Shown here: in pieces, positions 48,896 to 58,390 of the stretch
How positions within the stretch are numbered: the stretch's first letter is position 1
Layout of the letters: each line of letters opens with the position of its first letter
Assembly (NCBI GenBank): GCA_016721825.1
Contig: JADKHI010000002.1
Location: 105,424 to 169,423 of the forward strand
Origin: Flavobacteriales bacterium
Lineage (GTDB): Bacteria > Bacteroidota > Bacteroidia > Flavobacteriales_F > PHOS-HE28
DNA: 64,000 nucleotides
Reading direction: 5' to 3'
Made by a program: the position numbers and the translations under genes
Notes under the pieces: model-generated
What the model was told of the DNA's origin: nothing
The model's database searches: none
The model's input: only the letters and a program-made list of their open reading frames with translations

Positions 48896-48944
48896 ATCTC
48901 GGACCGAACAACCTATGAATGAAAGGGTTAACGTTAAAAGCTGT

Positions 48945-49625
48945 TCACCGGGCGATGAACATCACGTTATCCCCTTCATAACACCGTTCGGTCACGCTGC
49001 CGAAGCATAGACGCAGTTGCTCGCCGATCCGTGCGCTGAGTACCGTGCTTGGGGCATCATGCGTGATCGTATTGAAGAGCAAGGTTCCGCCAGGTAATAC
49101 CTTGTCCCTTACCATGTTAAGGAAGTTAGGCTCGGCCGTTCCGGGGGCCACATCCAGCTCAACGAAAAGATCCACGATCACCAGGTCGAAGGCCTGCGGT
49201 AGGGTTGCCACCGCCTGAACCGCGTCCATCTCCAACAACGTCAGGTCGGCGAAGTCGTCCAGCCCAAAATGGGTGCGTGCCCATTCTATCATCAAGGGGT
49301 CGTTCTCCACGGCGGTGATGTGGCAGTGGAGCCCCAGTTCATCGCAGATGATCCGCGCCACACTACCCGCACCGTAGCCGAGCAAGAGCACGTGTTCAGG
49401 TGGTGTGTGCTCAATGCCAATGTCGCGGAAGCAGGTCTGCCAGATGCGGTGCAGGCTTCCGAAGCTCTGATTCGCTTGCAGGCTGTTCACCACGAGTTGC
49501 CCATGTTCCAGGGACAGCTCGAGCGTTCCATAGCGGCCTTGGCGTCGATCCAGCCGCACCGGCACGAACTCGCTCAGCCAACGCATCAGCCACTTCCGCA
49601 TGTGGGCAAAGATGGTGTGCCGCAC
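48945..49625 (-). CDS. spermidine-synthase-like SAM-dependent methyltransferase
   Basis: VLLLGYGAGSVARII (motif I), ITAVENDPLMIEWAR, DLVIVDLF. Confidence 0.7.
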   Translation of the reverse strand: MRHTIFAHMRKWLMRWLSEFVPVRLDRRQGRYGTLELSLEHGQLVVNSLQANQSFGSLHRIWQTCFRDIGIEHTPPEHVLLLGYGAGSVARIICDELGLHCHITAVENDPLMIEWARTHFGLDDFADLTLLEMDAVQAVATLPQAFDLVIVDLFVELDVAPGTAEPNFLNMVRDKVLPGGTLLFNTITHDAPSTVLSARIGEQLRLCFGSVTERCYEGDNVMFIAR

Positions 49626-49725
49626 AATGGCCCTTTCAGATCACTTGACAGCGTTCTCAAGTTCCGATGCCCCCCCTAGCTGCCGTACTTTCGCGCTCCT
49701 TTTCGCATTCCGCCGCTACTCCGCG

Positions 49726-50769
49726 ATGGCAGCCCTCACCTCCATAACCCGCTACAAGCTTCGCAAGGTGCTGAAGTACATGCTGGTCACGCTTGGCGCG
49801 GCGGCGGTGCTCACCTTGTTCAGCGGTAACTCCGGGCGCAGCTATCTGGGGGCTTGGGCTTTGCTGGGACTCTGGACCGGTGTGCTGGAGGAATTCCTCT
49901 TTGGCCGTCGCTTCCGATCGCTGGCCATTCCGCTGCAGTTCCTGGGGAAGGTCCTCGCTGTGAACGCCCTGACCCTGGCGCTCGTGGCCTTGGCCTTCGC
50001 CTTCGACCGCCAACAGAACCTGCCCTTGCGCTCCGAAGGCACCTTCAGCGCCGCGGAGATGTTCGGTATGAGCCAGTTCTACCGCCTCATGTTGCGCGTG
50101 GTGGTGGTCACCTCCATCGCCATTCTCGTGGTGCAGCTGGAAGAGCTGATGGGCCGCCGCATGTTCCTCGGCTTCCTGCTGGGGCGTTACGAGAAGCCCG
50201 TGGCGGAGGAACGGGTGGTGCTGTCGATCGACCTGGTGGGCAGCACGGCGTTGGCGGAGAAGCTCGGTGACCTGCGGTACTACCGTTTCCTGAACACGAC
50301 CTATTCGCTCATGACCGATGCGCTGTTGCGGAACGAGGGCGAGATCCACAAGTACGTGGGCGACGAAGTGATCTTCACCTGGCCTATGGAGACGGGGCTG
50401 CGTGGGCAGAACTGCCTGGACCTCTACTTCGACATCATGGAGCGCATCGATGCCCATGCGGATGAGATGCAGCGCGAGTTCGGTGCGGTACCCAAGTTCC
50501 GCGGGGCGGTGCATGGCGGGCGGGTCATCGTGGCCCAGATCGGCCACATCAAGCGCGCTATCGACCTGAGCGGTGATGTGATGAACTCGGTATCGCGCAT
50601 GCTCGGGGTGTGCAAGGACATGAAGGCCGACCTGCTCGTTTCCTCCGAGCTGCTGGGTCGGATCCCGCAAGCGTCGGAGCGCTTCAAGTTCACTGCGGAA
50701 AGCGTGGTGCCGGTGAAGGGACGTAGGCGCGAGGTGCGTGTGCAGGCCGTTGAACGTGTTGAGCGATGA
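49726..50769 (+). CDS. membrane-anchored class III adenylate/guanylate cyclase (paralogue 1)
   Basis: About 4-5 TM helices, then LLGRYEKP-VVLSIDLVGSTALAEKLG ... KYVGDEVIFTW ... SGDVMNSVSRM. ATG at 49726 chosen. Confidence 0.85.
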   Translation: MAALTSITRYKLRKVLKYMLVTLGAAAVLTLFSGNSGRSYLGAWALLGLWTGVLEEFLFGRRFRSLAIPLQFLGKVLAVNALTLALVALAFAFDRQQNLPLRSEGTFSAAEMFGMSQFYRLMLRVVVVTSIAILVVQLEELMGRRMFLGFLLGRYEKPVAEERVVLSIDLVGSTALAEKLGDLRYYRFLNTTYSLMTDALLRNEGEIHKYVGDEVIFTWPMETGLRGQNCLDLYFDIMERIDAHADEMQREFGAVPKFRGAVHGGRVIVAQIGHIKRAIDLSGDVMNSVSRMLGVCKDMKADLLVSSELLGRIPQASERFKFTAESVVPVKGRRREVRVQAVERVER

Positions 50770-51869
50770 TGAACCGTGCGCTGATCGTTGTTCTTCTGGT
50801 GTCGATCACTTTCAGGCTCTTCGCGCAGGAAGGCGGTATGGCACCCTTCACCACGGCGAACGACCGCTTCATGCTGTTCGATCATGGCCGCTTCGTGGAG
50901 CAGGAACCCCGGGCCCCCAAGCAGGTCTGGATGAACCGCGACCGCCTCATCTACCAGGACCACAGTGGCGCCTTGCGAATGTTGCAGAGCGGACGGACCG
51001 TATTGCTTGAACCCGTTGCCGGAAGTACGCCGGTCTGTTCGGACCACGAGGTGGCCTGGCTTAGCGGTAGCGTGCTGAAGGTGGCGCGGGAAGAGGGTGC
51101 CTATGCCGTGGCGCCGGAAGTAGGCGTCTTCACCGTGCAGGACAGCATGGTCGCCTTTCATGACCTCCAAGCATCAGCGTTGCAGGTGTGGTGGCGCGGC
51201 CGCACGATCACCGTGGCCGAAGTGGAGCAGGGTTCCGAAGCACCACAGTGGAGCAGCGGCGCGAACACCTTGACCTTCTACGACCGCAGCCGTTCGCGCG
51301 TGTCGCTCTTCCACCGCGGTGAGGTGAAGGTGTTGTTCGACAGCACGGACATCGGTCTGGTTGCTATGGGCAGCGACATCGTGGCTTATTGGGATGACGG
51401 TCCGGGAGAATTCCGCGTCTTCGACCACGGCCGTACCGAGGACCTTGAACCTTTCCGTCCGCGCTCTTTCAAGGCCGGTGATGGGGTGGTGGGCTACGTT
51501 TCCAACGGCGGTTCCTTCAAAGGCTACCGGAACGGGTCAGCTTTCACCCTCCTTGATCATACGCCGACCGAGTACTGGGTACAGGACAGCGTGCTGCTCT
51601 TCGTTGACAACGGTTGGCTCATGACGGAGGAAGGTGGTCGCGCCGAAGTGGTCGAACGCTACGTGCCCGAACAATGGGATGTGCGCGACGCAAGTATCTT
51701 CTACCTCGACCTGGACCGTGGCATCCACCGCTGGCGTCATGGACAACGTACGCGCATTGCCGAAGGCATGGCCACCAAGCGCTTCGAGCGTTGGGGCGAT
51801 GTGGTGCTCTGGCGCGGTGACGATGGGGTGCTGCGCTGCTGGTGGAAAGGCAAGCGCTACGAGTACTGA
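50766..51869 (+). CDS. secreted repeat-rich all-beta hypothetical protein, translationally coupled to cyclase 1
   Basis: Signal peptide MMNRALIVVLLVSITFRLFAQ. Recurring FDHGRF / VFDHGRTEDL / VAFHD / VAYWDD strands. ATGA overlap at 50766-50769. Confidence 0.65.
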   Translation: MMNRALIVVLLVSITFRLFAQEGGMAPFTTANDRFMLFDHGRFVEQEPRAPKQVWMNRDRLIYQDHSGALRMLQSGRTVLLEPVAGSTPVCSDHEVAWLSGSVLKVAREEGAYAVAPEVGVFTVQDSMVAFHDLQASALQVWWRGRTITVAEVEQGSEAPQWSSGANTLTFYDRSRSRVSLFHRGEVKVLFDSTDIGLVAMGSDIVAYWDDGPGEFRVFDHGRTEDLEPFRPRSFKAGDGVVGYVSNGGSFKGYRNGSAFTLLDHTPTEYWVQDSVLLFVDNGWLMTEEGGRAEVVERYVPEQWDVRDASIFYLDLDRGIHRWRHGQRTRIAEGMATKRFERWGDVVLWRGDDGVLRCWWKGKRYEY

Positions 51870-51872
51870 TGG

Positions 51873-52943
51873 TCAGGCGCCTTCCTGAAGTCCGACCGTC
51901 CAAAGGCTCACGTCGTTGCTCTTGCCCTTGAGCGGGATCTCGCCGATGTGGCGTGTTGTGTAGATGCGCGAAGGCAGGCGGAGCAGATCGAGGAGTTCCT
52001 TCGAGATCAAGTTGTCGACCCCGTGGTCGTTGCAGCTGTTCTGGATGCGCGCTGCGGTGTTCACCACATCGCCGGAGAAGATGGTCTCCTTCTTCACCAG
52101 TCCCACTTCACCGGTGGTCACTTCGCCGTAGTGGAAGCCGGCCTTGAACTGGGGCACCAGTCCGTAGCGTTCCTGGTAATGGGCAGAGCGCTGTTCCAGT
52201 TTGCGACGGATGGTGAAGAAGCAGCGGATGCAGCGTTGACCACGGATGCCCTTGTGCAGTTTCCACGTCACGCTGACCTCATCACCGATGTACTGGTACA
52301 CCTCGCCTTCGGAGTAGACCACCGGATCGGTGATGTCGGCATACACATCGTTGAGCAGTTCGAAGTAGCGGACGTGCCCGAGCTTTTCGGCGATGGCGGT
52401 GCTGGAGCGCATGTCCAGGAACATGAAGATGCGGAGCTCCTGGCGGGGCTTGTAGTAGCGGCCCAGCAGAAAGCCCACGCCACCACTGCCGTACTGGTCG
52501 TTCAACCGGACCATCAGCATGGTGCCGCCCATCATCAGGGTGTAGTAGAGGAACTGGCCGAGCTGTGTCAGCGAGAAAAGGCGGTCGAGGATCGTGGCCT
52601 GCGTGTTGATCGGACCTTGGTGGAGCACTACGGGCAACACCGCGTGGGTGATGGCGACCACCGGTAGCACCAATGCCGCCATGATGCCCAAGGCTTGCAC
52701 GAAGGGCAGCACGCGCAGCTTGTCACGCAGGAGGAAGATGTAGATGCCGCCGCCGATCAGCCCGCCGAACAAGGACCGCCAGAAGTAGGCGTTGATCTCT
52801 TCGATCAGCGGTTGGTGCAGCCCGTTCGCGGTGAGCACGTTGTTCTCCAACACGGCCGCCACCATACCGGCCAGCACCCAGGCCAGGGTGATGCGCAGCG
52901 TCCGACGGGAGCGCCTTCTGTACTTCTCGATATCGTTGGCCAT
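51873..52943 (-). CDS. membrane-anchored class III adenylate/guanylate cyclase (paralogue 2)
   Basis: TM region, then LLGRYYKP-IFMFLDMRSSTAIAEKLG ... QYIGDEVSVTW ... SGDVVNTAARIQ. Confidence 0.88.
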   Translation of the reverse strand: MANDIEKYRRRSRRTLRITLAWVLAGMVAAVLENNVLTANGLHQPLIEEINAYFWRSLFGGLIGGGIYIFLLRDKLRVLPFVQALGIMAALVLPVVAITHAVLPVVLHQGPINTQATILDRLFSLTQLGQFLYYTLMMGGTMLMVRLNDQYGSGGVGFLLGRYYKPRQELRIFMFLDMRSSTAIAEKLGHVRYFELLNDVYADITDPVVYSEGEVYQYIGDEVSVTWKLHKGIRGQRCIRCFFTIRRKLEQRSAHYQERYGLVPQFKAGFHYGEVTTGEVGLVKKETIFSGDVVNTAARIQNSCNDHGVDNLISKELLDLLRLPSRIYTTRHIGEIPLKGKSNDVSLWTVGLQEGA

Positions 52944-53004
52944 TCGGGAATTCCGCCGCGAGCCTACGAGGCATCATCCAGCGGGCGGTAAAGATAGCGG
53001 GGCG

Positions 53005-53376
53005 TCAATGTGCGTGGTCGCTTGCTGGTGAAGCCGTGCGCTTGATACGGGGAAGTTCAACGAGGTAGTACCAAGCGACGCAGAGCAGTCCGAGCACGAA
53101 GAACACCGTGGCATAGGGGCGTGTACCATCCTTCCAATGGAACTCGCCTAACATCCAGATGGAGTTGGCGCTGATCCAGAAGACCACCGCCAAGCTGTGC
53201 AGGAACTCACCGATGTCCGCGCGACTTTTCCAAGCGATCCAGATGGCCATCAGCACAGTAGGGACGATCATGATGCTGCCCAGCAGCTTCTGGTCCTGCA
53301 CCCAGCAGAGGTCCTTGAAGAGCCAGAGCACGATGTGGAAGTTCTCACCGGCGCGGAGTGAAAGTGTTCTTGGCAT
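53005..53376 (-). CDS. small polytopic membrane protein, unknown family
   Basis: Four hydrophobic helices (e.g. IVLWLFKDLCW, IMIVPTVLMAIWIAW). Start chosen at MPRTLSL. Confidence 0.5.
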   Translation of the reverse strand: MPRTLSLRAGENFHIVLWLFKDLCWVQDQKLLGSIMIVPTVLMAIWIAWKSRADIGEFLHSLAVVFWISANSIWMLGEFHWKDGTRPYATVFFVLGLLCVAWYYLVELPRIKRTASPASDHAH

Positions 53377-53441
53377 GGCTTTCGAAGCTTGCGCCGAAGG
53401 TCGGGAGCGGAACTCTTCCTTCAAGCCGATACCTTCGATCC

Positions 53442-53681
53442 ATGGATCTTATCTGGAGCATTCTCATTGGGGCACTGGCCGGCTGGCTGGCCGGGCAGGT
53501 CATGAAGGGTGAAGGCTATGGCGCCTTGAAGAACATCCTGCTCGGTATGGTGGGCGGGGTGGTCGGGGGCTTGGTGTTCGGTCTGTTGGGCATAGCACCG
53601 ACCAACCTGATCGGTCGCTTGTTGATGGCGGTGGTCGGTGCCGTGGTGCTGATCGCTTTGGCCCGGGCCCTGCGCAAATGA
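53442..53681 (+). CDS. GlsB/YeaQ/YmgE-family (transglycosylase-associated) stress membrane protein
   Basis: IGALAGWLAGQVMKGEGYGALKNILLGMVGGVVGG signature. 79 aa. Confidence 0.85.
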   Translation: MDLIWSILIGALAGWLAGQVMKGEGYGALKNILLGMVGGVVGGLVFGLLGIAPTNLIGRLLMAVVGAVVLIALARALRK

Positions 53682-54304
53682 TCCGTTCATCGCTCCTCTT
53701 CCTGCTCTGCCTGCTTTCCACGGCGGGCATTGCGCAGAAGGCGCCCACACGTTTCTACGTGAAGCTCAGCGGAGTGGTCACCGACCATTTCAGTGGTGAC
53801 CCGATCAAGGGGGCCATGGTGCGTTTGCTGAAGGCCGGAAAGACCGAGGCCGAGGTGGTGACACGGGGCGATGGGCGCTACAGCTTCGACCTGGACAAAG
53901 GCTGGCGTTATGCGGTGTGGTACAGCAACGAGGGTTGTGTCACCAAGCACGTCAACATCGACACCGAGGAAGTACCGCCATATCCGGATGTGCCTTTCTA
54001 TGAGATGGACGTGCAGATGACCTTGTTCGAGTGGATCGAGGAGTTCGACTTCACGGTCTTCGAGCAACCGCTAGGCGAAGCTGCCTACAAGCACTCGGTC
54101 CGCAATGTGAGTTGGGATATGGATTACACCGAGCGCATGCGCCCACGCTTGTCCAAGACCATGGACGAATACGAGAAGGCGTACAAGGGCTACTACAAGC
54201 GCAGACAGGGGCGCCGCCCCCCGACCACCAAGTTCGATCGGCCCAAGGAGGCCGTGCCTGCCGACAGTACGGTCGTAGCACCCCGAGCTACCGATGAGCC
54301 GTGA
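53678..54304 (+). CDS. secreted protein, paralogue P1 of an unnamed module (CarboxypepD_reg-like sandwich + conserved tail)
   Basis: Signal peptide. LSGVVTDHFSGDPIKGAMV ... GDGRYSFDL ... GCVTKHVNID ... MDVQMTLF ... EQPLGEAAY ... SWDMDYTERMRPRL. Confidence 0.7.
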   Translation: MIRSSLLFLLCLLSTAGIAQKAPTRFYVKLSGVVTDHFSGDPIKGAMVRLLKAGKTEAEVVTRGDGRYSFDLDKGWRYAVWYSNEGCVTKHVNIDTEEVPPYPDVPFYEMDVQMTLFEWIEEFDFTVFEQPLGEAAYKHSVRNVSWDMDYTERMRPRLSKTMDEYEKAYKGYYKRRQGRRPPTTKFDRPKEAVPADSTVVAPRATDEP

Positions 54305-54839
54305 TCGTTCATTCCGCCGTAGTTTCTTGACGGCCTTGGTGCTGTTGCTCCTTTGCGCGGTCGGGAAGGCTCAAGGAGAAGTGGATAACATCTACGTCTA
54401 TGGTACAGTGAAGGACTACGGAACAGCCGTCAAGCTCCTTGGCGTCTCGGTCATCGTTCACAAGGACGATGTTCGGTTGGCGGCGCTGGTCACGGATAGC
54501 TTGGGGCGCTATGAGGTCAAGTTGGATTACGACCATGTCTACAAGTTGTGGTTCATGCAGGCCGGCATGGTCACCAAGCATGTCGTGATCGATGCAAGGG
54601 ACATTCCTGCGGGTCTTCGCGCTGGAGGACATGGAATGAACATCGATATCACCCTGTTCAAGTCCCTGCCGAACTTGGACATGTCCGTCCTGGACCAGCC
54701 GATCGGAATGGCACAGTATTCACCTGTTGACAGCGCCTTCACTTGGAACTTGGAATACACGGAGAGCATACGGGCTCGGGTGAAGCAGGCCATGATGACC
54801 ATGGACAGCCTGAACCGGGCGAACGACTCCAGCCGTTAG
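54294..54839 (+). CDS. secreted protein, paralogue P2 of the same module
   Basis: VYGTVKD ... LGRYEVKL ... GMVTKHVVID ... MNIDITLF ... DQPIGMAQY ... TWNLEYTESIRARV. Overlaps the P1 end by 11 nt. Confidence 0.7.
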   Translation: MSRDRSFRRSFLTALVLLLLCAVGKAQGEVDNIYVYGTVKDYGTAVKLLGVSVIVHKDDVRLAALVTDSLGRYEVKLDYDHVYKLWFMQAGMVTKHVVIDARDIPAGLRAGGHGMNIDITLFKSLPNLDMSVLDQPIGMAQYSPVDSAFTWNLEYTESIRARVKQAMMTMDSLNRANDSSR

Positions 54840-54848
54840 TCTCGCGCC

Positions 54849-55688
54849 TCAGCCGCGATAGCTCCGCACCAGCTTCACCGCTTCCACCGCCTCCTTCACA
54901 TCGTGCACCCGCAGGATCGATGCACCGTTCATCAGCGCGATCGTGTTCAGCACCGTGGTCCCGTTCAAAGCCTGATCGGCCTTGATGCCCAGCACCTCGT
55001 TGATCATCCGTTTGCGGGAAAGCCCAACTAGCACTGGCACCCCGAGGGCGATGAATCGTGATAGCTCCCGAAGGAGCGTGTAGTTGTGTTCCGTCGTTTT
55101 GCCGAAACCGAAGCCCGGGTCCATGATGACATCCGCGATCCCCGCAGCACGGCAGGTGTTCAGGCGCTCGCTCAGGAAGTGCGTCACCTCAGCGGCCACG
55201 TCGGTGTAGTGCGGTGCTTGCTGCATGGTGGACGGTGTGCCTTGCATATGCATGAGCACATATGGCACATGCAGCATTGCGACAGTGGGAATCATGTTCG
55301 CGTCGAGCAGCCCGGCACCGATGTCGTTCACCATCGAGGCACCGGCGGCCACGGCCTCGCGCGCTACGGTGGAACGGTAGGTATCGATGCTCAGCCACGC
55401 TTCCGGGAAACGGCGTTGTAACGCTTCGACCACCGGCAGCACGCGCTTTAGTTCTTCCGTTTCGGCCACTGCCACCGCGCCAGGCCTTGAACTTGCTCCC
55501 CCAATGTCCAGAATGGCGGCTCCTTCGTTCAGCATTCGCTCGGCAACACGCAAGGCCTCGTCGACATCCACCCGGCTAGCTGTGTGGAAGGAGTCCGGCG
55601 TGGCGTTGATGATGCCCATGACCGCTGGCCCTGCCAGATCGCGCAGGCGATCCTTGACGCGCATGGGATCAGGGGTGGGGCGGCTCAT
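54849..55688 (-). CDS. folP: dihydropteroate synthase
   Basis: VMGIINATPDSF, ILDIGGASSRPG, DPGFGFGKT. Start at MSRPTPD (55688). Confidence 0.93.
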   Translation of the reverse strand: MSRPTPDPMRVKDRLRDLAGPAVMGIINATPDSFHTASRVDVDEALRVAERMLNEGAAILDIGGASSRPGAVAVAETEELKRVLPVVEALQRRFPEAWLSIDTYRSTVAREAVAAGASMVNDIGAGLLDANMIPTVAMLHVPYVLMHMQGTPSTMQQAPHYTDVAAEVTHFLSERLNTCRAAGIADVIMDPGFGFGKTTEHNYTLLRELSRFIALGVPVLVGLSRKRMINEVLGIKADQALNGTTVLNTIALMNGASILRVHDVKEAVEAVKLVRSYRG

Positions 55689-55702
55689 GTACTTTCGGCC
55701 GG

Positions 55703-57139
55703 ATGCTTCCGGCGCGGCCCAAAGTTCGTTCAATGTTCCTGAGCCTTTTGCGACCCGTCATCCTGATCGGGATGCTGTTGGCCACCGCGGTTCCTGTGCA
55801 GGCCATCCGTGTGCAAGGCCATGCGCGCGATGCCTTTACCCGCCTGCCGATGACCGGTGTGGTCGTGTTGCTCGAAGGCGAGGGTGTTCGCACGGAACAA
55901 CGCACCACGCGGATCGACGGATATTACCGGTTCGACGTGCCCGCAGGCGGACGGTACATCATCCGCTTTGCGAAGGATGGGCTTGTGCCGAGGCAAGTGG
56001 TCTTCGACGTCCGCGACGTGCCCCGCGAATGGGTCGATGCCTTGCAGGCCGATCTTGACATGCGCCTGTTCCCCCCATTGGAAGGCATGGACAGCAGCTT
56101 GTTGAGCGCCATGGTAGGAATGGCCACATGGGATCCGGTCACTGAGAACCTGATCTGGGATACGGCCATTTCGGGTCCCCTGATCGAGCGCTGGAACACG
56201 TTGTTGGCACAGCATGCCGAAGCTCATCCGGAGGTCCGACCCACCAAGACACAACGCTGGGCCTTGCGCGCGTTCGAACTGGCCCGCGGCTACGGGGTGG
56301 TACTGGCGTTCCTGCTCTTGGGGTTGTTGTACTTCGTAGCGCGAAAGCTGCTCGACCGGCTCGGCAGGACGGTTCGCATCACCGTGCTGTTCGTGGCGCT
56401 GGTCGGCGCGGGGTGGCTTGTGGTCGAACTGGCGCACGATGCGGGTCCGCTTCGTTACCTCGCGTTCGTTGCGTTGGTCACGGGGTTCGCCGCGGCCTTC
56501 CACCTGGTGATGGAACTCTGGGTCGGAGGAACGGATGACACAGTGCATGAAGAGCTGGTGCTCGAAGAGGAGGTGGACCTGTTCGACGAGGATGAGCACG
56601 CGGTCATCGAAGAACGATCGAGCGCACGGTGGAAGGATCACCTGCCCTTGGTCGTCTTCTTCGCCGCACTGTTCACCTGCATGTTCGAATGGCGTTGGGG
56701 GCTTGAGAACACCTTGAACGTTTGGTCGCTGGTCGGAATGGGGACGGCTGTTGGTCTGGTGGCGGCATTGGTGATCTCGTGGTCGCGCACGCCTGCCGTG
56801 GTGCGTTGGTCGCCGCGGAAGTTATTGGTCGGTGGCGGCTTGTGGTGGGGGACCTTACCCTTGTTCGGCATTGCGACGGCATCGTTCGTCAACCGCTCTT
56901 TCCCGCAGACCGAGGAGAGCTGCCATACATGGCCGGTGGTGGATCTGAACTGGAGCCGCCGTAGCCTTAATGTGTACGTTTCCTGGGATGGGGAACGCGA
57001 GCGGCTGGAGATGCCGACGGAGGTCAAGGAGCAACTGACCACCATGGACAGCCTGCGTTGCTGCACGCGCACCGGACTTCTGGGCTTCGAGCATGTCCAC
57101 CGCGTGGAGCCGGTCCTGATGCCTGAGGTTCAACGCTGA
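55703..57139 (+). CDS. paralogue P3: same N-terminal module fused to a polytopic membrane region with an acidic loop
   Basis: IRVQGHARDAFTRLPMTGVVV ... IDGYYRFDV ... GLVPRQVVFD ... DLDMRLF ... IWDTAI. Then about 6 TM helices and EELVLEEEVDLFDEDEHAVIEE. TACTTTCG box at 55690-55697 lies 5 nt before the ATG. Confidence 0.65.
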   Translation: MLPARPKVRSMFLSLLRPVILIGMLLATAVPVQAIRVQGHARDAFTRLPMTGVVVLLEGEGVRTEQRTTRIDGYYRFDVPAGGRYIIRFAKDGLVPRQVVFDVRDVPREWVDALQADLDMRLFPPLEGMDSSLLSAMVGMATWDPVTENLIWDTAISGPLIERWNTLLAQHAEAHPEVRPTKTQRWALRAFELARGYGVVLAFLLLGLLYFVARKLLDRLGRTVRITVLFVALVGAGWLVVELAHDAGPLRYLAFVALVTGFAAAFHLVMELWVGGTDDTVHEELVLEEEVDLFDEDEHAVIEERSSARWKDHLPLVVFFAALFTCMFEWRWGLENTLNVWSLVGMGTAVGLVAALVISWSRTPAVVRWSPRKLLVGGGLWWGTLPLFGIATASFVNRSFPQTEESCHTWPVVDLNWSRRSLNVYVSWDGERERLEMPTEVKEQLTTMDSLRCCTRTGLLGFEHVHRVEPVLMPEVQR

Positions 57140-57160
57140 GGTCGTTCCTTTGCGCCGCAC

Positions 57161-57703
57161 ATGGACAAGACCCTTCAGCAATACGATGCCGTTCTGGACG
57201 AGTGCATGGCGCTCTTCAGCAAGAAGGCGCACGACTACGGCACGGCCTGGCGGATCCTGCGGGTGCCCTCGTTGACCGATCAGATCTTCATCAAGGCCCA
57301 GCGCATCCGCACCTTGCAGACGGTGGGGGAGAGCAAGGTGGGTGAAGGCATCCGCCCGGAGCTCATCGGCATCATCAACTACGCGGCCATGGCCTTGGTT
57401 CAGCTGGAATTGGGCGTGGTGGACCAACCGGATCACAGCGCAGAGCAGGCGGTGAAGCATGTGAAGGCGCAGATGCACCATGCCCGCGACCTGATGCAAC
57501 GGAAGAACCACGACTACGGTGAGGCCTGGCGCAGCATGCGCGTGAGCTCGCTCGTGGACCTCATCCTCATGAAGCTGCTGCGCATCAAGCAGATCGAGGA
57601 CAACGCGGGAGCCACCCTGGTCAGCGAAGGCATCGACGCGAACTTCCTCGACATCGTGAACTACGGCGTGTTCGCGATGATCCGCATGGAGGAAGGGGCT
57701 TGA
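57161..57703 (+). CDS. DUF1599-family protein
   Basis: FSKKAHDYGTAWRILR ... TDQIFIKAQRIRTLQ, duplicated as KNHDYGEAWRSMR ... LILMKLLRIKQIE. Confidence 0.85.
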   Translation: MDKTLQQYDAVLDECMALFSKKAHDYGTAWRILRVPSLTDQIFIKAQRIRTLQTVGESKVGEGIRPELIGIINYAAMALVQLELGVVDQPDHSAEQAVKHVKAQMHHARDLMQRKNHDYGEAWRSMRVSSLVDLILMKLLRIKQIEDNAGATLVSEGIDANFLDIVNYGVFAMIRMEEGA

Positions 57704-57707
57704 CGGT

Positions 57708-58238
57708 CTACTTCTCCATCCACTTGAACGAGTCCAACATGGCGTCGGCCAGGTAGAGGTCCTCGTCCCACACATCCTTGTGCGCGGTGAAGGTGATCAG
57801 GTAGGCCTTGCCGTCCTTGAGGCGAACCACCTGTTTCCAATGAAGCGGAAGTCCGTTCAGGTCGCCAGTGTATTCGAACTGGTGGTACTCACCACTTGCC
57901 CCGCGCTGCGTGCTTGAATTGATGAGCACGCCGTTCGGCAGTTGGGTCCGGATCTGCTCCTCCGTTACCGATACATACGTGGGTAGGTCCATCGCCCCGA
58001 TCTCCTGGATCAGCAGGTTCACGTTCTCCTGAAAGACATCCCCACTGTCGACCGGACTTCGGAAGATGACCAAGGTGCCTTGCGCACCGGAATCGTCCGC
58101 CTTCCATTCCACAGGGTGGGCGAGGGATATGCCCCCGCCTTTCCATGTGGCCCAGGCGGGCAGCTTGCCGGCAGTGTCCTGTGCGTTCAACTGAAGGCCG
58201 AGCAGCAGGCCGGTGATGAGGAGGGTAAGGGTGCGCAT
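57708..58238 (-). CDS. secreted PsbP/DcrB(DUF1795)-like protein
   Basis: Signal peptide MRTLTLLITGLLLGLQLNAQ. ISLAHPVEWK ... ENVNLLIQE ... topology resembles the PsbP-like fold. Weak call. Confidence 0.45.
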   Translation of the reverse strand: MRTLTLLITGLLLGLQLNAQDTAGKLPAWATWKGGGISLAHPVEWKADDSGAQGTLVIFRSPVDSGDVFQENVNLLIQEIGAMDLPTYVSVTEEQIRTQLPNGVLINSSTQRGASGEYHQFEYTGDLNGLPLHWKQVVRLKDGKAYLITFTAHKDVWDEDLYLADAMLDSFKWMEK

Positions 58239-58354
58239 GGTCGAGCTGGGTGTGAAGATCGGAGGATCCCGTCAGTCCGCAAGTGCGCTAGTTCAGTTCG
58301 CGGTTATTCACATTCGCCTGTTGGCCGATCCTTGCGAAAAGGGGATCCCATCGC

Positions 58355-58385
58355 TTTGATCCCGATCGGCGGGGGAATACGTTTG
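58355..58385 (+). promoter_or_regulatory. candidate promoter of P4: TTTG (-33) N19 TACGTTTG (-7)
   Basis: TTTG at 58355-58358 and a perfect TAnnTTTG at 58378-58385, spaced 19 nt apart. The box ends 5 nt before the ATG at 58391. Confidence 0.5.
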
Positions 58386-58390
58386 CCGCC

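Noticed and set aside
49726-52943. Cyclase genes as a Pycsar/CBASS-type antiphage system.
   Set aside because: Both cyclases have their own polytopic membrane domains. No adjacent cNMP-binding, TIR, or pore-forming effector is present. The neighbour is a signal-peptide repeat protein.
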